64,000 bases of DNA from Candidatus Melainabacteria bacterium 17Bon1m (GTDB lineage Bacteria; Cyanobacteriota; Vampirovibrionia; Obscuribacterales; Obscuribacteraceae), in the NCBI GenBank assembly GCA_032128875.1, contig JAVLKG010000003.1, positions 920,974 through 984,973 of the forward strand, written 5' to 3'. The translations under genes and the position numbers were made by a program. Positions 59,581 through 64,000 of this stretch are shown here, one piece after another. Every line of letters starts with the position of its first letter. Within the stretch, counting starts at the first letter, position 1. The notes under the pieces are model-generated. The model had not been told where the DNA came from, did no database searches, and saw only the letters and a program-made list of their open reading frames with translations.

Positions 59581-60450
59581 TTATGGAATGTAGTCTGGTT
59601 GATGCTTGTAGATGTATCGAATCGTGGCAGCATCGTTATTGGACGGCACTCCGCGCCCATAGTAGACACTCATCAAGTCGTATGGATTAGTCGAGTGCTG
59701 GTCGATGCCGAGCGCATGACCGAATTCGTGTCCGGCCGAAGCGCGCATTTTCTCATTACTCATTGGGTTGCCTTGCTGGTTGGTTGTGCGCAGCAAAATT
59801 ACTACAGGTTGGAAAAGGGGCTGCTTGCCTTGCATAACGAGCCTGTAGTCGAATATTTCTTTCGATGTGTATCCACGAATATCGTTAGCGAAGAGTCCAA
59901 GCCCGAGCTTGTTGACGAAGTGATGCGTCCAGAAAACATAGATGTCTGCTTCGGACGGATCATTGGTCAAAACATACTGAAAAAGTCCTTCGCGCTCGAA
60001 CCCTTTCCAGTAGTTGATTCCTTGCACTGCAGCCTCGTAATGCGGCTCTACAAAGCCCTCAGCCACTGGGAGGTTGTTTATCTGCCCATTCTCGATTATC
60101 TCGGCAACCAGGTGCGGCCAGCGCTGTTTGCCGTCGACATTTGTGCGAGGCACACCCAACTCCTCGTCCATAAAGCCATCGATGCTCGAGCCTTTAGAAA
60201 CATAGACTTTGAGCGGCATCTGGTCAGCAACCCAGCGCACGACTTTGCCGTTGAATAATGCCTGGGGATAAACGCCTGAAGGCCCCGCTGCAGCCTGCTT
60301 TCCGCCGCCCCCACCGGGACGCGCCGGGGGCAGTTGTCTGCCGCCATAGCTGTTGCGAAACTGTGCTTCAGAAGCCTGCGGCATCCAGGACGCGACCAGA
60401 AGAGCGGCGATTATCGCCGGTAGAAGAAAGAAGGCTGATCTCATCTGCAT
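59581..60450 (-). CDS. Exported matrixin-family (metzincin) metalloprotease
   Basis: Signal peptide; HEFGHALGIDQHS and Met-turn DLMS. Confidence 0.88.
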   Translation of the reverse strand: MQMRSAFFLLPAIIAALLVASWMPQASEAQFRNSYGGRQLPPARPGGGGGKQAAAGPSGVYPQALFNGKVVRWVADQMPLKVYVSKGSSIDGFMDEELGVPRTNVDGKQRWPHLVAEIIENGQINNLPVAEGFVEPHYEAAVQGINYWKGFEREGLFQYVLTNDPSEADIYVFWTHHFVNKLGLGLFANDIRGYTSKEIFDYRLVMQGKQPLFQPVVILLRTTNQQGNPMSNEKMRASAGHEFGHALGIDQHSTNPYDLMSVYYGRGVPSNNDAATIRYIYKHQPDYIP

Positions 60451-60945
60451 ATTAAGGCTGAAAGCTTAACGGGTGTTAATTCTAAAGAGATAATACCCTA
60501 AACCTTTGTTCGTTCATCTTTCAGCCCGGTTCGGGCTTTCATGTCCCGGTCTGGAATTTGAAGCAAGACGATCTCGTCTGCCGGCGTCGGCGATACCTTT
60601 CGAATTTATCGGTCTGCTGTGCTTGAATGATTCGTGTTTTGGAAAGCGCGAAGATAAAATTCGCAAGATTTCTCAACACAATTTTGTCTCTCTTGGAGAC
60701 CGGCGTCTCTATTTATCGCTTGCAAAGCGAGCTTTTGTCGCAAATGTCATGGGGCGAGTAAATTTTCTGCGCGTCGATTGCTTGAAAGCCTGCTCGCAGA
60801 TTGGTGATCTGCCAAATCCTTGTCCCTGTTAGTCTTTGCGGGCAGTCACTTGGGAACAATTTGAAATTCTTGGCGTCGTCAGGCTAGTTATCGGCATTTG
60901 CCGGATGCCTGATAAACACTGCCTATTTAAGAGTGGCGTAAAAAG

Positions 60946-60972
60946 GGAACCTTCAATATTTCGTTACGTCAA
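60946..60972 (+). promoter_or_regulatory. RpoE/ECF-type promoter GGAACCT-N15-GTCAA
   Basis: Close match to the sigmaE consensus GGAACTT/GTCAA. Confidence 0.55.
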
Positions 60973-60977
60973 TCTTG

Positions 60978-61153
60978 AACGAAACCTAAAGGTAGACAAT
61001 GTTTTCCGGATTCTCGGGTACAACTGTATCAACGACATCGCAGAATCACCAGTTAGTGGGGCACTAGGGATAGAGCCTATCGGGGCAGCACCGATCCTGC
61101 GGACAATTTAAAGAATCAAAGCGGGAGTGCTCACAGCAACCCGCTTTTCTTTT
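60978..61153 (+). ncRNA. Candidate sRNA (or mRNA for a 22-aa peptide)
   Basis: ECF-type promoter, internal hairpins 61039-61101, terminator AAAGCGGG...CCCGCTTTTCTTTT at 61118-61153. Confidence 0.4.
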
Positions 61154-61211
61154 GCTCGTTTTTTTGAAAAAAATTGTGCATTGCATCGAGATTGCTTTGC
61201 GAAGCAGGTCC

Positions 61212-61235
61212 GCGGGCGGCATTCATGCCGCCCGC
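61212..61235. repeat. REP-like palindrome
   Basis: GCGGGCGGCATTCATGCCGCCCGC, nearly identical to the unit at 49195. Confidence 0.7.
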
Positions 61236-61250
61236 CAATGGCTTTGGATG

Positions 61251-61925
61251 CTACTCGTCGCACATGCGATAGCCGACGCCGTGGACGTTTTCAATCATTG
61301 AATCAGCCCCTGCGTCATCGATTTTCCTTCGAAGTTTTTTGATCAAAGTGCGCAGGCTCTCCGGAGAGCGTTCCGAATCAGACTGCCAGACGCGATCTAG
61401 AAGTGCTTCTGGCGAAAACACCTGTCCTTTGTGGCGTATGAGAAATTCCAGAAGCGCAAATTCCATGCGCGCCAAATGCAATTCCTCTTCTCCTTTGTAA
61501 ATTCGGAACGAGCCCGGGTCCATTTGCAAATCCCGGAATCTAAGAGTGTTGTCGAGTGTCGTGCGTGGTCTGCGCAACATCGCGCGCATGCGAGCGGACA
61601 GTTCTCTCAAATGGAAAGGCTTAGTCAAATAGTCGTCGGCGCCGCTGTCTAGTCCGTCTTCTTTGTCTTTCAAAGCATTGCGCCCTGTGAGAATCAAAAC
61701 AGGCGTCGGACCACCCATCGCGCGAAACTGCACAAGAACTTCCACACCGCTGATTCCCGGCAGTGAAATGTCGAGAATGATCAAATCGTAGCTGCTCGTC
61801 TTCAGCAGAGCGAGCGCGTCTTCGCCTGTTTCTGCTACTTCGACCAGGTGGTGTTCGAAAGACAGCCAGTCCCGTACCGTTGTGACGAGGGATGGATCAT
61901 CTTCGACTATCAGTATCTTGGCCAT
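61251..61925 (-). CDS. OmpR/PhoB family response regulator
   Basis: ILIVEDD, LDISLP, GADDYLTKPF, winged helix ending IENVHGVGY; start moved to ATG 61925. Confidence 0.95.
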   Translation of the reverse strand: MAKILIVEDDPSLVTTVRDWLSFEHHLVEVAETGEDALALLKTSSYDLIILDISLPGISGVEVLVQFRAMGGPTPVLILTGRNALKDKEDGLDSGADDYLTKPFHLRELSARMRAMLRRPRTTLDNTLRFRDLQMDPGSFRIYKGEEELHLARMEFALLEFLIRHKGQVFSPEALLDRVWQSDSERSPESLRTLIKKLRRKIDDAGADSMIENVHGVGYRMCDE

Positions 61926-61964
61926 TGGTGCAATTATAATTGAGTCGACTGTTGGACTCGGTGC

Positions 61965-63464
61965 ATGGCGCAACTCAATTTGAAAATCTCCCAACGGGGA
62001 TTTCTCCTCGTGTCGATACCATTGGTGTTCGAAATACTTTTCGTTTGGGTTCTCACATCGCTTAACTCTCAACTGGAAGCGGAAATGCGCAGGGAAGCGC
62101 ATGCCAAAGATGTTGTGCGGACAGTCTTTAAGCTGCAACGTGACCTTCTTGATTGCGCCACTGCTGCTGCTGCTTTCAGTCTCACCAACGATGTTTATTC
62201 AGACGAGAGATTTCCTCTGACACAGCGGTGGATCAAGCAAGATTTGGAACAGCTTGATAGTTTGATTGGAAACAACCCTGAGCAGACGCGTAAATTGAAA
62301 TACGCGCATGCTGTCGCTGAGCGCGGATTGAAGCTCTTTGATGATTTGAAAAGTCGAAGGGCTGAGTCCGCCACTCTTGATGGTTTGATTGGAACCGGAA
62401 CGACATATGGGCGCGTTCGCAGTCTCGTTGGTCAGATGGGTGGTGCTACGCGAGACATAATTGAAGAAGAGGAGCGAATTCTTGCACAAAGCCCTGTCAT
62501 GCAGTCTCAGCACAGAGAGATGTTGCAAAATGCATTGATTGTTGGCGTTGGTCTCAACGTCGTAGTGGCCGTGATGCTGGCGATGTTCTTCAGTAAAGGA
62601 ATAACAAAGCGCCTGGAGATCATGTCGCAGAACAGTCGCAGAGTGGCGAAGGGTGAGTCTCTTCATCCTCCAGTTGAAGGTTCTGATGAAATTGCACAAT
62701 TGGACCAGACCTTTCATCGTATGGTTGACGATTTGAATCAAGCAGAGTTGAAAAAGCAACAGCTTTTGCAAACTGTTTCTCATGACTTGCGATCACCGCT
62801 TAGCTCCGTACGAGGCATTCTGACACTCCTTTCTGCCGGCGCGATGGGACCACTTCCTGAGAAAGCGCTGGATAAAGTCAAGCTTGCCGAGTCTGATGTT
62901 GAACGTTTGATCAAATTGATTACCGACCTGCTTGATCTAGAAAAAATAGCCGAAGGTAAGACCCAATTGGAAGTTTCACCAGTGCAGGTAAAACGGCTGG
63001 TGGAGCGCGCCGCTAATTCTCTTGTATCGCTTGCGGAAGAAAAAGGTATCAACATTAGCCGCACCATCGACCCTGTTCAGGTTTTAGGTGATGAAGATCG
63101 ATTGGTGCAAGTGCTTGTCAATTTGCTGTCAAACGCAATTAAATTCTCCCCTGATGGAGGCGAAATCGAGGTCGAAGCTGCGATGGTGGAAACAGTTGCA
63201 AGCCCAGCGGATTCGCCGCCTAAGCAGATGATTGAAATCACCGTCGCCGATCATGGCAGAGGCGTACCTGACGAATTGAAAGAGAAGATCTTTGAGCGAT
63301 TTGAGCAGGTGAAGAAAACTGACGCCACCGAAAGTGGTGGCTCTGGGTTGGGGCTGGCAATTTGCAAATCTATAGTTGAACTTCATGGTGGTTCTATAGG
63401 TGTGCGCCAGAACCATGGTGGGGGCAGCATCTTCTGGTTTCGTATCCCTCAGTGCCTCTCGTAA
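61965..63464 (+). CDS. Sensor histidine kinase (periplasmic CHASE3-like, HAMP, HisKA, HATPase)
   Basis: Two TMs, DEIAQL, SHDLRSPL, NLLSNAIKF, DHGRG, GSGLGL. Confidence 0.93.
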   Translation: MAQLNLKISQRGFLLVSIPLVFEILFVWVLTSLNSQLEAEMRREAHAKDVVRTVFKLQRDLLDCATAAAAFSLTNDVYSDERFPLTQRWIKQDLEQLDSLIGNNPEQTRKLKYAHAVAERGLKLFDDLKSRRAESATLDGLIGTGTTYGRVRSLVGQMGGATRDIIEEEERILAQSPVMQSQHREMLQNALIVGVGLNVVVAVMLAMFFSKGITKRLEIMSQNSRRVAKGESLHPPVEGSDEIAQLDQTFHRMVDDLNQAELKKQQLLQTVSHDLRSPLSSVRGILTLLSAGAMGPLPEKALDKVKLAESDVERLIKLITDLLDLEKIAEGKTQLEVSPVQVKRLVERAANSLVSLAEEKGINISRTIDPVQVLGDEDRLVQVLVNLLSNAIKFSPDGGEIEVEAAMVETVASPADSPPKQMIEITVADHGRGVPDELKEKIFERFEQVKKTDATESGGSGLGLAICKSIVELHGGSIGVRQNHGGGSIFWFRIPQCLS

Positions 63465-63513
63465 GGGAGACACATGTTCCTGCCTGCCCGGGAGCCGCAT
63501 GCGGCTCCCCTGC
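63461..63513. repeat. REP-like palindrome pair
   Basis: Perfect palindrome GGGAGCCGCATGCGGCTCCC at 63490-63509 matching the 55369 unit; degenerate partner upstream. Confidence 0.7.
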
Positions 63514-63524
63514 ATTTGCGTAGA

Positions 63525-63579
63525 GTTCACTAAAAGGTCACAAACGAGATACCAAAAGGTCACAAACATTCCTTAATCT
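63525..63579 (+). promoter_or_regulatory. Pho-box-like 11-bp periodic direct repeats plus -10 element
   Basis: G(T/G)TCAC at 63525, 63536 and 63558; exact AAAAGGTCACAAAC duplication; TAATCT 10 bp after the last repeat. Confidence 0.55.
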
Positions 63580-63585
63580 GGTTTC

Positions 63586-63676
63586 ATCGGTCGTGAGAAA
63601 CCGTGGGATCGGGAAGAGTCGGGGCGGTAGAGATACCGCCCGAAACTCTTCAAAAGATGCGCCAGCATCGTTTTTT
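63586..63676 (+). ncRNA. Candidate ~90-nt sRNA
   Basis: Long hairpin 63613-63651 then GATGC-GCCA-GCATC-G-T6 terminator, downstream of the repeat/-10 promoter. Confidence 0.4.
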
Positions 63677-64000
63677 CTTACTATCGAAAAAGCAGCGAGC
63701 CGGAAGACCGAGATATCGAATAATTTCGTGTTCTTCGTCAACTTCCAACTTTCGACCACCGAACTTGTTGCTTTACCCGCCCGACCTTGCAAGACCACCA
63801 GGCGCCTCTTTTGCTCGTCTGGAGTTTTTCCCTTAAGCCTTGCGCGGCTAGAAACACTTGCAGGTCGCGCCCAGCGCGACGACAGTGGACAAAGACTGCC
63901 ACCGACAATCTGTTCGAAACAGCGAAGCCTTAGACTTCGCCGCAGCACTTTGCTGTCACCACCGGGTGATAGCGCGGTGTTTTCGTTAATCGCGCCATTT

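Noticed and set aside
60506-61111. ORFs 60506-60832 and 60836-61111
   Set aside because: TTG starts, no RBS or motifs; they overlap promoter-like and structured DNA
63490-63509. GAGCCGCATGCGG resembling group II intron domain V
   Set aside because: It is a perfect REP-type palindrome also found at 55369; the rest of DV and a maturase are absent

Overview
Gene-dense bacterial chromosome segment with about 55 CDS and one tRNA-Phe(GAA). I found no rRNA, CRISPR array, integrase or transposase. Cyanobacteria-like housekeeping proteins (short DprA/SLOG protein, SigG-like ECF sigma) together with no photosynthesis genes suggest a non-photosynthetic Cyanobacteriota relative such as Vampirovibrionia/Obscuribacterales; this is an inference, not a search result. 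Recognisable genes: partial otsA, selB, ndk, pcrA, mraY, otsB, rlmN, secA, tsaB, rimI, bioY, two GT9 heptosyltransferases, an LCP protein, a type IV pilin and several two-component/c-di-GMP proteins. Best candidates for undescribed biology: (1) a divergent envelope cluster coupling a thioester alpha-2-macroglobulin, an apparently exported AMMECR1 protein and VanW to a Tat-exported transpeptidase-only PBP and SpoIID; (2) an amino-sugar/GT-C operon ending in a stand-alone MshEN c-di-GMP receptor; (3) a histone-H1-like tail fused to a HicB-type RHH domain with an upstream palindrome; (4) two unannotated sRNA candidates, one behind an ECF-type promoter and one behind a pho-box-like array; (5) an orphan DotI/VirB8-like protein beside tRNA-Phe. 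All calls come from motif reading by eye; no searches or folding were run.
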